Below, piece after piece: positions 1 to 8,885 of a stretch of DNA of 64,000 bases. Under the pieces are notes generated by a model. The model searched no databases, had not been told where the DNA came from, and saw only the letters and a list, made by a program, of their open reading frames with translations. Origin of the DNA: Candidatus Latescibacterota bacterium (lineage in GTDB: Bacteria > Latescibacterota > UBA2968); the NCBI GenBank assembly GCA_965204375.1, contig OZ241986.1, positions 3,264,001 to 3,328,000 of the forward strand, read 5' to 3'. The number at the start of each line of letters is the position of its first letter. Position 1 is the stretch's first letter. The translations under genes were made by a program, and so were the position numbers.

Positions 1-966
1 ATACGCTTCGGCTGCAACATCGCGCTCATCGTCGGGCAAATCCGTCAAAGCCGGTACTTTTTCTGATACAAAAAGTGCCTGCCCTGGCGTGATGCCCCAT
101 GTCACAGTAGGCTCAAGGGCAGAGCCATCGAGGTGATAAACATCGTCGTAATCGGCATCGGCATCGGAAGCCATAGAACGCCACCAGGAAACCGCGCGAT
201 CAAAGGCTTCGCCCGAAGGTGCATAAGTGCGCCCCTGCAGATAGTCATAAGTCGTCTGATCGGGATTCACATACCCTGCACGCGCGCCGCCTTCAATGGA
301 CATATTGCACACCGACATACGCGCTTCCATATCCATAGCTTCAATAGCGGATCCGGCATATTCGTAAGCATAGCCCGTACCGCCTTTTACACCGAGATTG
401 CGAATAATATTGAGAATAACATCTTTGGCATAAACCCCATTGCCCAGCGCACCGGATACTTCAATACGACGCACTTTAAGGGGATCCATCGCCAAACACT
501 GTGTGGCGAGCACATCGCGCACCTGCGAGGTGCCAATACCAAATGCAATAGCACCATAAGCACCGTGCGTTGAAGTGTGACTATCGCCACAAGCAATGGT
601 CATCCCCGGCTGTGTCAGACCCAGTTCGGGACCAATAACGTGGACAATCCCTTGACGCTCGTCGTCCAGACCAAAAAAAGAAAGGCCGAACTGTTGGGCA
701 TTTTCTTCGATGGCGATCATCATGTCCTCGGCCATCTCATCGGCAAATGGGCGTGCCACATCGCTTGTGGGCACAATGTGATCAACCGTAGCAAATGTGC
801 GTTCTGGATACGCAATGGCGAGACCGCGCTCTCTGAGCATATCAAAAGCCTGCGGACTGGTAACCTCGTGAACGAGATGCAAGCCGATAAACAACTGCGT
901 CTGTCCCGAAGGCAGCGTTCGCACCGCATGCGCATCCCAAACTTTGTGAAATAAACTTTGACCCAT
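1..966 (-). CDS. leuC: 3-isopropylmalate dehydratase large subunit (3' end outside window)
   Basis: Not in the ORF track because it runs off the edge. Minus-strand ATG at 966 reads [13 protein letters not shown]...[13 protein letters not shown]...[11 protein letters not shown]...[10 protein letters not shown], which are aconitase-family LeuC motifs. GAGG SD upstream; follows leuA. Confidence 0.95.
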   Translation of the reverse strand, partial: MGQSLFHKVWDAHAVRTLPSGQTQLFIGLHLVHEVTSPQAFDMLRERGLAIAYPERTFATVDHIVPTSDVARPFADEMAEDMMIAIEENAQQFGLSFFGLDDERQGIVHVIGPELGLTQPGMTIACGDSHTSTHGAYGAIAFGIGTSQVRDVLATQCLAMDPLKVRRIEVSGALGNGVYAKDVILNIIRNLGVKGGTGYAYEYAGSAIEAMDMEARMSVCNMSIEGGARAGYVNPDQTTYDYLQGRTYAPSGEAFDRAVSWWRSMASDADADYDDVYHLDGSALEPTVTWGITPGQALFVSEKVPALTDLPDDERDVAAEAY

Positions 967-1035
967 CTATAACCTCTATTCTTAAAACCCTTTGGAACCA
1001 CAGACGTGCAGACACGAGGCACTGCTCTTGCATTT

Positions 1036-1066
1036 CATCTGTGCCCATCTGCGTCCATCTGCGGAT
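1036..1066. repeat. 10-bp-period CATCTG repeat (3 units)
   Basis: catctgtgcc catctgcgtc catctgcgga. The 20-mer atctgcgtccatctgcggat recurs exactly at 18847-18866. Confidence 0.8.
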
Positions 1067-1067
1067 A

Positions 1068-2624
1068 CTAAACGGTTGGTTCTCGCTCCTTGTGATTATC
1101 CTGCTGAATCGCCAGGCGATTGAGAGCATCGAGAAAAGCTTTGGCACTGGCTTCGATAATATCGGTTGAAACGCCGCGTCCCCTGGTCAGGCGTCCATTG
1201 CACGACACATTGACCGTGACTTCTCCCATCGCTTCGGCACCTCCGGTAACGCCGCGGATAGTATATTCTTCCACTTTTGTATTTGTATTATCTGTGGCTT
1301 TTTTGATCGCCCGATACGTTGCATCTACCGGTCCGTCGCCCCAGGCAGATTCCTGGACGTGGTTTTTACCGTCAATACCAATGCGAACCGTCGCAGAGGG
1401 AACCGTGCCAGTACCACTCACAGTATGCAAATAGTCCAGCGCGAAACGCATGGGAAAGTCTCGAATTTCATCTTCCACAATAGCCATGAGATCTTCGTCA
1501 TAAACTTCCTTCTTCTTATCGGCAACTTTGACAAAACGCTCATAAGCGATGTTTAATTCATCCTGATTGAGATGATAACCGAGCTCTTCCAGACGATGGC
1601 GCAATGCGTGGCGACCAGAACGCGCCGTAAGCACAATGCTCGATTCTTCCCAGCCCACAGACCTGGGATCGATAATTTCGAAATTTTCGCGGTCTTTGAG
1701 CACCCCGTCCTGATGGATACCAGAACTATGAGCAAAGGCATTGGCTCCCACAATAGGTTTATTGGGCGGAACGACAATACCCATAAGGCGGCTGACCAGA
1801 CGGCTCGTATTTACGATCTCGCGCGTCTTGATATCCGTATAGAGATCGAAATAATCCCCGCGCGTCTTGACGGCCATAACCACTTCTTCAAGCGAAGTAT
1901 TGCCCGCGCGTTCACCCAATCCATTAACCGTGCATTCGACCTGACGGGCGCCATTTCTGAGTGCTTCGAGAGCATTGATAGTCGCCATGCCCAAATCGTC
2001 GTGGCAGTGGACACTGATAATGGCACGATCGACATTGGGCACTTTCTCGCAAATATTGCGGATAATACGGCCAAACTGATCGGGAACTGCGTAGCCCACA
2101 GTATCGGGAATATTGATAGTTGTCGCACCCGCTTCAATGGTAGCTTCGATCACGTCGAGGAGGTATTGCGGATCTGTACGCGCAGCATCCATCGGCGAAA
2201 ATTCCACATCGTCGCAATGCGACTTAGCTCTTGCAACCGCATCAACAGCCATTTGCAGGACTTGAGCGGGCGTTTTGCCAACCATGGAAATATGGAGCGG
2301 CGATGTACCAATAAACGTGTGTATGCGCGGTCTTGGCGCGTCTTTCAGGGCTTCACCTGCGCGGTCAATATCTTCGAAAATTGCGCGAGACAGACCGCAA
2401 ATAACAGGCCCTTCGACCTCGTGTGCAATGCGCTGCACCGCATTAAAATCCTGATCGGACGATACGGGAAATCCGGCTTCGATAACATCGACATTGAGAC
2501 GCGCGAGTTGATGGGCAATCTCAACCTTTTCGCGCAACGCGAGCGAAGCCCCCGGCGTCTGTTCCGCGTCTCTCAAAGTAGTATCAAAAATAATGACGCG
2601 GTCTTTATTTTTTGCGTTTGACAT
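1068..2624 (-). CDS. leuA: 2-isopropylmalate synthase
   Basis: IFDTTLRDAEQTPG, HCHDDLG, GLGERAGN, HSSGIHQDG motifs and a C-terminal regulatory domain (GDGPVDA). Confidence 0.97.
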   Translation of the reverse strand: MSNAKNKDRVIIFDTTLRDAEQTPGASLALREKVEIAHQLARLNVDVIEAGFPVSSDQDFNAVQRIAHEVEGPVICGLSRAIFEDIDRAGEALKDAPRPRIHTFIGTSPLHISMVGKTPAQVLQMAVDAVARAKSHCDDVEFSPMDAARTDPQYLLDVIEATIEAGATTINIPDTVGYAVPDQFGRIIRNICEKVPNVDRAIISVHCHDDLGMATINALEALRNGARQVECTVNGLGERAGNTSLEEVVMAVKTRGDYFDLYTDIKTREIVNTSRLVSRLMGIVVPPNKPIVGANAFAHSSGIHQDGVLKDRENFEIIDPRSVGWEESSIVLTARSGRHALRHRLEELGYHLNQDELNIAYERFVKVADKKKEVYDEDLMAIVEDEIRDFPMRFALDYLHTVSGTGTVPSATVRIGIDGKNHVQESAWGDGPVDATYRAIKKATDNTNTKVEEYTIRGVTGGAEAMGEVTVNVSCNGRLTRGRGVSTDIIEASAKAFLDALNRLAIQQDNHKEREPTV

Positions 2625-2633
2625 TGTTATCCC

Positions 2634-2747
2634 TTAAAACATGCCAGAATCGGAGTGGAAATGGGCAGATGGAACGCTCTGGCGGTCTTTCCCCATCTGC
2701 CAAACGAGAGCGAGTTCTTCGGTAAGATCACCGAGATCGGGATCCAT
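2634..2747 (-). CDS. putative 37-aa leader ORF between ilvN and leuA
   Basis: GGAGGTG SD 6 nt before ATG 2747. Reads MDPDLGDLTEELALVWQMGKDRQSVPSAHFHSDSGMF and contains alternative GCAGATGG/CCATCTGC pairings. Confidence 0.4.
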   Translation of the reverse strand: MDPDLGDLTEELALVWQMGKDRQSVPSAHFHSDSGMF

Positions 2748-2760
2748 CTGCATCACCTCC

Positions 2761-3252
2761 TTATTGCGTAGCAGAATCTCGCAACAGGGCAACCGTGCCT
2801 GTGCGCGCGATTTCTTCGATGCCAAAAGAACTGAGCATGCCAATGATAGCCTGGATTTTATCATTTTTGCCTGTAACCTCTATGGTCATCGATCTGGGAC
2901 ATACATCGACGATATTTGAGCGAAACACTTCGGCAATTTGGATAATTTCTGCACGCGTTGTTGTATCGGCTTTGACCTTGATCAACATAAGTTCGCGCTC
3001 GACAAATGCGCCCTGCGTAATATCGATTACGCGAATGACATCAATGAGGCGATCCAATTGCTTGACCACTTGCTCGAGTACGCTATCGTCGCCACCGACA
3101 ACAATGGTCATGCGAGAAATACTCGGGTCTTCTGTCTCGCCAACGGACAGACTATCAATATTGAATCCGCGACTGGAAAAAAGGCCCGCAACGCGACACA
3201 GAACGCCAAAATGATTTTCGACCAGGGCACTTATCGTGTGTTTTTGAGTCAT
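2761..3252 (-). CDS. ilvN: acetolactate synthase small (regulatory) subunit
   Basis: ACT domain [31 protein letters not shown], plus ERELMLIKV and EIARTG. Confidence 0.96.
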   Translation of the reverse strand: MTQKHTISALVENHFGVLCRVAGLFSSRGFNIDSLSVGETEDPSISRMTIVVGGDDSVLEQVVKQLDRLIDVIRVIDITQGAFVERELMLIKVKADTTTRAEIIQIAEVFRSNIVDVCPRSMTIEVTGKNDKIQAIIGMLSSFGIEEIARTGTVALLRDSATQ

Positions 3253-3300
3253 TAAACATTTCCCGAATACATGAAGTGAAAACGACCTATGAGTAAATCA

Positions 3301-3351
3301 CAGGCTCTGTCCTTTTATGGGTGTTGTCGCAAGAGTTGGGGAAAGAGCCTG
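3301..3351 (-). promoter_or_regulatory. attenuator-like hairpin upstream of ilvN
   Basis: 8-bp inverted repeat caggctct (3301-3308) / agagcctg (3344-3351) directly after the leader stop codon. Confidence 0.55.
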
Positions 3352-3353
3352 AA

Positions 3354-3473
3354 CTAATGAGTGAGAATAGATAGAAAAAGGCTCACGAGCAGGAGAAGGT
3401 GCAGAACGAGCAGAACTCGCCCTGCAATAGAAAGGCGCAAAGAACGGATACGCAGTTGTACACCGTCTCGCAT
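3354..3473 (-). CDS. branched-chain amino acid leader peptide (ilvL-like)
   Basis: MRDGVQLRIRSLRLSIAGRVLLVLHLLLLVSLFLSILTH; 14 of the last 20 codons are Leu/Val/Ile. Lies upstream of ilvN-leuA-leuC. The start could alternatively be 3506. Confidence 0.65.
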   Translation of the reverse strand: MRDGVQLRIRSLRLSIAGRVLLVLHLLLLVSLFLSILTH

Positions 3474-3552
3474 TGTGGAAATCGCCAATATAGAAATTGA
3501 GCGCATAATAGAAGACTTGGAAAAAGAAGTAATAATGTATCTTAGATTGAAT

Positions 3553-3582
3553 AACTTACGCAATCTCAGTGGAATATGTCAA
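3553..3582 (-). promoter_or_regulatory. sigma70-like promoter for the ilv-leu leader
   Basis: TTGACA (3582-3577), 18-nt spacer, TAAGTT (3558-3553). Confidence 0.45.
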
Positions 3583-3597
3583 GAAAAAATATTATTT

Positions 3598-3698
3598 AGT
3601 TGTCGGTTGTCAGTTGTCAGTTGTCAGTCCACCCAGCCCCTGAGTAGCCAGTTATCAGTCCGCCCTACTCCCAATTCTTAATTTTTAATTTTTAATTC
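3598..3698. repeat. heptamer short tandem repeats
   Basis: (CAGTTGT)n at 3598-3628 and (AATTTTT)n at 3673-3698. Confidence 0.75.
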
Positions 3699-3700
3699 AC

Positions 3701-4450
3701 CTATATCACAAAGTCCCGCCGCACCCCGCGCATATCCATCTCAAATTCAATATCGACCACTGGCGGCCGGGTAAAGTGCCAGCGGAAACCGAGCCGTCGG
3801 GCTGGCCCAATGCGATTGAACAAAATATCCTCTACCAGCCCGTCCAGAGAATGCACCGTGTACACATCCACAGCATTGATCAACTCCCATGATCCACCCA
3901 GGCCGAACAGACGCTCGACCATTACATCCACCACATAACTAACCTTCTCCCGCATGGCTTCTGCACTGGTATCCCCACTGCGGACAATACCCTGCTCCAC
4001 AAGTACCCCCTCGCGCAATTCCCCTGCCCCAGCGATCACCAGAGTCCGCGGTGCATCAGTCGCTGCTGGTACCGTATAGGAAAATGCGTGCAACACCGGC
4101 TCCCCGGGCGGATCGAACAGCGGTGCCACATTGGTACGCGCCACTGGATTCAATTCCCCCACGTACAGGTCCCATGCTTTGAGCACCCGACAATAATCCC
4201 GATTGAAAGCGATAAATCCCGCCATAGTAAAAGGCGCGGGCGAACGCAACTCCATGCCGCACAATGCCTGTCGATCTCGCCCGACCTCCCTCAAATGCGC
4301 CTCAACCCGTTCAAAACCCTGCCGCCAGGGCAGATCCTGTTCCAGTGTCACATGGACAATCTCCCAGCCGGGATCGGCAATAACGCCGCAGGAATAGGGG
4401 TCAATACCCTTGAGAAAGTGGTAGTGTCCTTCGGACTTGGCAATCAACAT
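3701..4450 (-). CDS. CnbZ-like (aminomuconate deaminase-like) protein
   Basis: Likely start MLIAKSEG at 4450. PYSCGV, CGMELRSPAPF, NPVARTNVAP and RPPVVDIEFEMD segments resemble the CnbZ family. Confidence 0.65.
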   Translation of the reverse strand: MLIAKSEGHYHFLKGIDPYSCGVIADPGWEIVHVTLEQDLPWRQGFERVEAHLREVGRDRQALCGMELRSPAPFTMAGFIAFNRDYCRVLKAWDLYVGELNPVARTNVAPLFDPPGEPVLHAFSYTVPAATDAPRTLVIAGAGELREGVLVEQGIVRSGDTSAEAMREKVSYVVDVMVERLFGLGGSWELINAVDVYTVHSLDGLVEDILFNRIGPARRLGFRWHFTRPPVVDIEFEMDMRGVRRDFVI

Positions 4451-4496
4451 AATAACTCTCTGTACAATTACAACTAATCGCAAACTATCTACCCCC

Positions 4497-5042
4497 TCAC
4501 CCCAACCCGATAAATTTGAGAAACGTCTTTTTTCCACCCGTCTCTTTTCGCGCATTCCACGCTTCAAGTCTGGCATAATAGGGTTCTTCTTCCCACGTCT
4601 CCCACTTTGCAATAGCCTTAATTTCACCCAATGGCGTGTACCCGTCGAGTTCATACGGGCAATCGGTAGATTGGCTAATGCTGAGCAACTCGATATCGCC
4701 CTCTTCGTCAAACTCGAGATCAAATGGATATCTTCGGCAAGTCACCGGGCGATAATCGTAGATAGTACACAAATCATCTTCACCCAGATATTGGCATCCG
4801 CTCTCGGTTCTACGCAATCCCATAATGCGCTGACCAGACCTCAAACGTATCCAGCCGGGCTGATCCTCGCCCCATTCAATCTCACTCGGCTTATAAAAAT
4901 CGACAACATCACAAGCCGCCTGATCTGTGCCCTCAATAATGCGGCGCACATCTTCGTCGGTAACCAGAACAATGGGATCTCGGCAGCAATTTCCACAGCG
5001 AGTGCAGCGAAACTTGAGCAAGTGTTTCCACTCTTGCGCCAT
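4497..5042 (-). CDS. YkgJ-family cysteine-cluster protein
   Basis: FRCTRCGNCC ... CQYL ... CTIYDYRPVTCRRYPF signature. Confidence 0.88.
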   Translation of the reverse strand: MAQEWKHLLKFRCTRCGNCCRDPIVLVTDEDVRRIIEGTDQAACDVVDFYKPSEIEWGEDQPGWIRLRSGQRIMGLRRTESGCQYLGEDDLCTIYDYRPVTCRRYPFDLEFDEEGDIELLSISQSTDCPYELDGYTPLGEIKAIAKWETWEEEPYYARLEAWNARKETGGKKTFLKFIGLG

Positions 5043-5057
5043 ATCGTCTCCAAATAG

Positions 5058-6236
5058 TTATACGGCCTTTTGTTCCAACCAGTCCTTCGTAATTTCAAGA
5101 CCAAAACCGGGAGCATTGCTCGGAATGAGATAACCGTCTTTGATCACAGGGGTTCCCGGCAGCGCGACGCGTTCTTCGAGCGGAACGCCCGGAGGCGATA
5201 CCCCTTCGGAACGCTCGCCCCACTGTATCGCCGGCATAGCATAAGAAAGGTGCTGACCGTAGGGGTAATTCATGCCCGCGTGGCTGATAACCGTTAGCCC
5301 ATGCGCCTCGGCAATATGGCATATTCGCATCAAGGCCGTCACACCACCTGCCCACTGAATATCGGGCTGCAAAATATCGACAAGCCCCTGGCTCGCGGCT
5401 GTGGCAAAGGGATGGATGGTGTACCAGTGTTCGCCCGTTGCGAGAATTTGCCCGGGGACGCGCTGACGCACTTTCGCATAGCTTTCCATATCTTCGGGCA
5501 GCACGTAATCTTCAAGCCACTTGAGACGATATGGTTTTAATGCTTCGACAAGGCGAACCGTGTACTCGACATTGAGCGACATCCACGCATCGAGCATGAG
5601 TTCCACATCATCGCCAATCTGCTCGCGCGTTTTTGCAACGAGTTCTGCAGTCTTATTTATGCCCTCAATACCGGACTCCGGTCCATATCGCGCAAAGAGC
5701 TTGACCGCCTTGAAACCCAGTTCGAGAAACCATTCAATGCTATTTTCCGTACCATAAGATATATCTGTATTGCTGGCATAACAGAAAATTTTGTCTTTTT
5801 GAGGACCGCCCAAAAGCTCGTAAACAGGACGCTGCAAAATTTTTCCCTTTAAGTCCCACAGGGCATTATCCACAGCACTGATGGCATAGCTGGACAAACC
5901 CGCCGTATGATAAGGCGAAGAAGCGCGGCGCATCATGTCCCATAACTTTTCAGTCGCCATGCAATTTTGCCCTTCGAGCAAAGGAGCAAAATGATCGTTG
6001 ATAATACTGAGCACTGGACCGCTATTGATAGTGAAACCAATCCCCCATGTGCCGTCTTGCGCGGTCACGACACAGGCTGCGCGGGTCCAATTTGAACCCC
6101 ACCCTGATCTTTTAAATTCGGGATATCGCGCCATAGGACTGATAAAACCATCTGTGGGCAACTTCGGGACGCGAGGTTCTGTTTTTTGAGCGGGAGAAAT
6201 ATCGACGGCAACTGCGCGAATATCTTTGATTTTCAT
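5058..6236 (-). CDS. mandelate racemase/enolase superfamily acid-sugar dehydratase (L-rhamnonate dehydratase-like)
   Basis: Start MKIKDIRAV at 6236. AISAVDNALWDL, LMLDAWM, KWLED, TGEH and LQPD motifs. Confidence 0.88.
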   Translation of the reverse strand: MKIKDIRAVAVDISPAQKTEPRVPKLPTDGFISPMARYPEFKRSGWGSNWTRAACVVTAQDGTWGIGFTINSGPVLSIINDHFAPLLEGQNCMATEKLWDMMRRASSPYHTAGLSSYAISAVDNALWDLKGKILQRPVYELLGGPQKDKIFCYASNTDISYGTENSIEWFLELGFKAVKLFARYGPESGIEGINKTAELVAKTREQIGDDVELMLDAWMSLNVEYTVRLVEALKPYRLKWLEDYVLPEDMESYAKVRQRVPGQILATGEHWYTIHPFATAASQGLVDILQPDIQWAGGVTALMRICHIAEAHGLTVISHAGMNYPYGQHLSYAMPAIQWGERSEGVSPPGVPLEERVALPGTPVIKDGYLIPSNAPGFGLEITKDWLEQKAV

Positions 6237-6247
6237 AATTATTCCTC

Positions 6248-7885
6248 TTAAAAAGCAATGGCGTATCCGTCTCGTCTGGGATCTGAACCGCCCATCAGAG
6301 TACCGGTCTCGGGATTGATCTGAATGGCCTGTGCATTTCCCGGCCCACCCCAATTTGAGAGATAGCGAAGGTCGTGACCTTTCCGAGCCAGAGCTTCGCA
6401 CTCAATTGTAGGAAAACGGCTTTCGAGTTGAAGCACATCTTCGCAGGTATGGGGAACCGTGGATTCCATAGGATTTTGCAGAGAACGCCAGCGGGGGGCT
6501 TCAACAGCCTCTTGAGGTGTCATGCCAAAATCCAGAATATGTGTCACCAGTTGCAAATTGGTCTGCACCTGTGTATCTGCGCCCGGCGTGCCGCATATCA
6601 GAACGGGTTTACCGTCTTTCGCGACAATAACGGGATTCATAGTGTGGCGAACCCGCTTACCTGGCATCAGACAATTGGGATGATCTTTTTCCAGATGCCA
6701 GTACGTCATGCGATTGTTGAGAAGAATACCCGTATCCCCCGCAATAAGACTTGACCCCCAGCCAGATTGAATACTCTGCAATTGACAAACCGCGTTGCCC
6801 TCGCCGTCAGCTACGCAGAAACAGGTGGTATCCTCGACCGATTCCGGGATACCGGGCGAAACATGAATAGCAGCGCGTTCGAGATCGATGCACGAGGCGC
6901 GCTCTTTTGCATAATCTTTTGAGAGAAGTCCATCAATTGGCACATCGACCCAATCTGGATCGGCCACGTATTTTTCTCGGTCTGCAAAAGCGAGTTTTTT
7001 GGCTTCAACCATAAGGTGGATACTCTCGGCAGTATTGCAGCCCAGTGCCCGAAGATCGAAATTTTCGACAATATTGAGTTCTTGAAGTAAAATATGCCCG
7101 CTCGAATTGGGCGGCGCTTCATATACGGTATAACCTTTGTAGGTCACGGCAATGGGATCGCCAATGCGGGCGCAATGGTTTTTCAAATCGGCTTCGGTGA
7201 GCAACCCACCTCGCGACTGGCTAAATGCAACAAGTGCCCGGGCTATTTCACCCGTGCGATAGGCGTCGCGTCCCTCTGCGGCGATTTTCCGCAAGGTCTT
7301 ACCCAGGTCTTTCTGATAGACGATATCTCCGGGACCGAATGGCTGACCATCATTTGTGAAGACCGCCCGCGTATATGGATCAGATGCAAAGCGTTTTGTT
7401 TCCCCCCGCAAGCTACCCGCCAATTTGTGACTGAGCGGAAAGCCGTCTTCGCAAAAGGCGATTGCCGGCGCAAAAATATCTTCGAGCGGGCGCGTGCCAA
7501 AGTGCTCGTGAGCAACAAGCCAGCCGTCAACAAGACCGGGAATGGAAACGCTCAGAATACCTTTCATCGGGATACCACCGCGTTTGAGATAAAATTCCCG
7601 GGTCGCACCCGTTGGGGCTGCGCCAGTGGCATTGATGGCAGATACTGTGCCCGTCTTAGCTGAATAGACCAGGATAAAACCATCGCCACCTGCGCCTGAA
7701 GATTGCGGTTCAACCACGCCGAGCGCAGCGGCCGTGGCAATAGCCGCATCAATGGCATTACCACCCGCCATCATAACCTGAATACCTGCTTGAGAAGCGA
7801 GATGGTGTCCCGATGTGACCACGCCATTTCTGCCCATAATGGACGGCCTAAAGGCGGGATAGGCAATTGCATGAGGAGAAGACAT
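6248..7885 (-). CDS. ggt: gamma-glutamyltransferase family protein
   Basis: GGNAIDAAIA, SSGAGGDGF, nucleophile DTT, LLNNRM and GGSDPRRDG. Confidence 0.93.
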   Translation of the reverse strand: MSSPHAIAYPAFRPSIMGRNGVVTSGHHLASQAGIQVMMAGGNAIDAAIATAAALGVVEPQSSGAGGDGFILVYSAKTGTVSAINATGAAPTGATREFYLKRGGIPMKGILSVSIPGLVDGWLVAHEHFGTRPLEDIFAPAIAFCEDGFPLSHKLAGSLRGETKRFASDPYTRAVFTNDGQPFGPGDIVYQKDLGKTLRKIAAEGRDAYRTGEIARALVAFSQSRGGLLTEADLKNHCARIGDPIAVTYKGYTVYEAPPNSSGHILLQELNIVENFDLRALGCNTAESIHLMVEAKKLAFADREKYVADPDWVDVPIDGLLSKDYAKERASCIDLERAAIHVSPGIPESVEDTTCFCVADGEGNAVCQLQSIQSGWGSSLIAGDTGILLNNRMTYWHLEKDHPNCLMPGKRVRHTMNPVIVAKDGKPVLICGTPGADTQVQTNLQLVTHILDFGMTPQEAVEAPRWRSLQNPMESTVPHTCEDVLQLESRFPTIECEALARKGHDLRYLSNWGGPGNAQAIQINPETGTLMGGSDPRRDGYAIAF

Positions 7886-7977
7886 TATATGCTCCTGAGA
7901 CGGTTTTTTGATAAAAAGTGATAAAAGTGTTTTGTTAATTTCTCTCTAACGCCCGCGCCCGTATTCTTAGATACACC

Positions 7978-8006
7978 TTGACAAAATGCCCTGAGGCCAC
8001 TAATTT
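7978..8006 (+). promoter_or_regulatory. sigma70-like promoter
   Basis: TTGACA-17 nt-TAATTT upstream of the regulator gene. Confidence 0.55.
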
Positions 8007-8025
8007 TCGGCTTTCTGTTTTCAGT

Positions 8026-8067
8026 ACTGATATTACACACGGGCGCATTAAAATGCGTAATATCAGT
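8026..8067. promoter_or_regulatory. 11-bp perfect inverted repeat in the regulator leader
   Basis: actgatattac (8026-8036) / gtaatatcagt (8057-8067). Confidence 0.6.
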
Positions 8068-8095
8068 TCCTCCCTTATTCCCAATTTCGTCTCCA

Positions 8096-8767
8096 ATGGC
8101 AACTATTCTTCTTCTCGCAGACGAAGCCTACGGCGCGCGTCTCAAATCAGACCTCGAATATATCGGGCATCAAGTTGAACACGTGATCCTGAGGGGACGG
8201 AGCAATTTGCCTCCCATACCCGCCAACAGCATTGACTTGACCATCATTGACCCCGAATCCTCCCTCGACCGCCTCTCACAGGCCATTGCGCACCTTCAAC
8301 AACAGCACCCTGCCAACGACTGTTCCCTGCTCGTCATCACCGATGAAATGACCGCACTCAACCTCGATTTTTCACTCGGCATTTCAGATTTTATCATCAA
8401 GCCCTATAGCCTGCGCGAGTTCGAAGCGCGCCTGCGTCTGGCCCTTTGGAACGACGACCATACCCCCGACGACCACACCCTTAAAATAGACGACCTCGTC
8501 ATCAATATGGCGCGCTACGAAGTGCGCGTCAAGGGCAGCGTTGTCGAACTCACACTCAAAGAATACGAACTACTCAAACATCTGGTCACCCACGAGGCTC
8601 GCGTATTTACCCGGTCGGACCTGCTCGACAGCATCTGGGGCTATGACTATTACGGCGGCATGCGCACCGTTGACGTCCACATTCGCCGCCTGCGCTCCAA
8701 ACTCGGCGAATCGGGCAAAGCCATTACCACAGTGCGCGGTGTCGGCTACAAATTTGATCCACCCTGA
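8096..8767 (+). CDS. orphan OmpR/PhoB-family response regulator (GlnR-like, divergent receiver)
   Basis: Winged-helix LTLKEYELL...WGYDYYGGMRTVDVHIRRLRSKL...TVRGVGY and DFIIKPY. No kinase adjacent. Confidence 0.92.
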   Translation: MATILLLADEAYGARLKSDLEYIGHQVEHVILRGRSNLPPIPANSIDLTIIDPESSLDRLSQAIAHLQQQHPANDCSLLVITDEMTALNLDFSLGISDFIIKPYSLREFEARLRLALWNDDHTPDDHTLKIDDLVINMARYEVRVKGSVVELTLKEYELLKHLVTHEARVFTRSDLLDSIWGYDYYGGMRTVDVHIRRLRSKLGESGKAITTVRGVGYKFDPP

Positions 8768-8795
8768 TAATCAAAAATAGCACCTGACACACCAC

Positions 8796-8824
8796 AAACC
8801 CCAGAAGCACGCTCCTGGGGTTTT
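8796..8824 (+). terminator. intrinsic terminator
   Basis: aaaccccag-loop-ctggggtttt after the regulator stop. Confidence 0.7.
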
Positions 8825-8885
8825 CTGGTTCATATCAAATCTGCATACATAATAGAAATATCTGCTGTGCGGTAAATCTCATTTT

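Noticed and set aside
1572-2621. Long antisense ORFs (also 12322-13263, 20978-22051, 28416-29477, 29592-30731, 32396-33355)
   Set aside because: Shadow frames of well-supported genes on the opposite strand, with no motifs of their own.
3361-3681. 106-aa plus-strand ORF
   Set aside because: Antisense to the BCAA leader and runs through heptamer repeats; no SD or recognisable motif.
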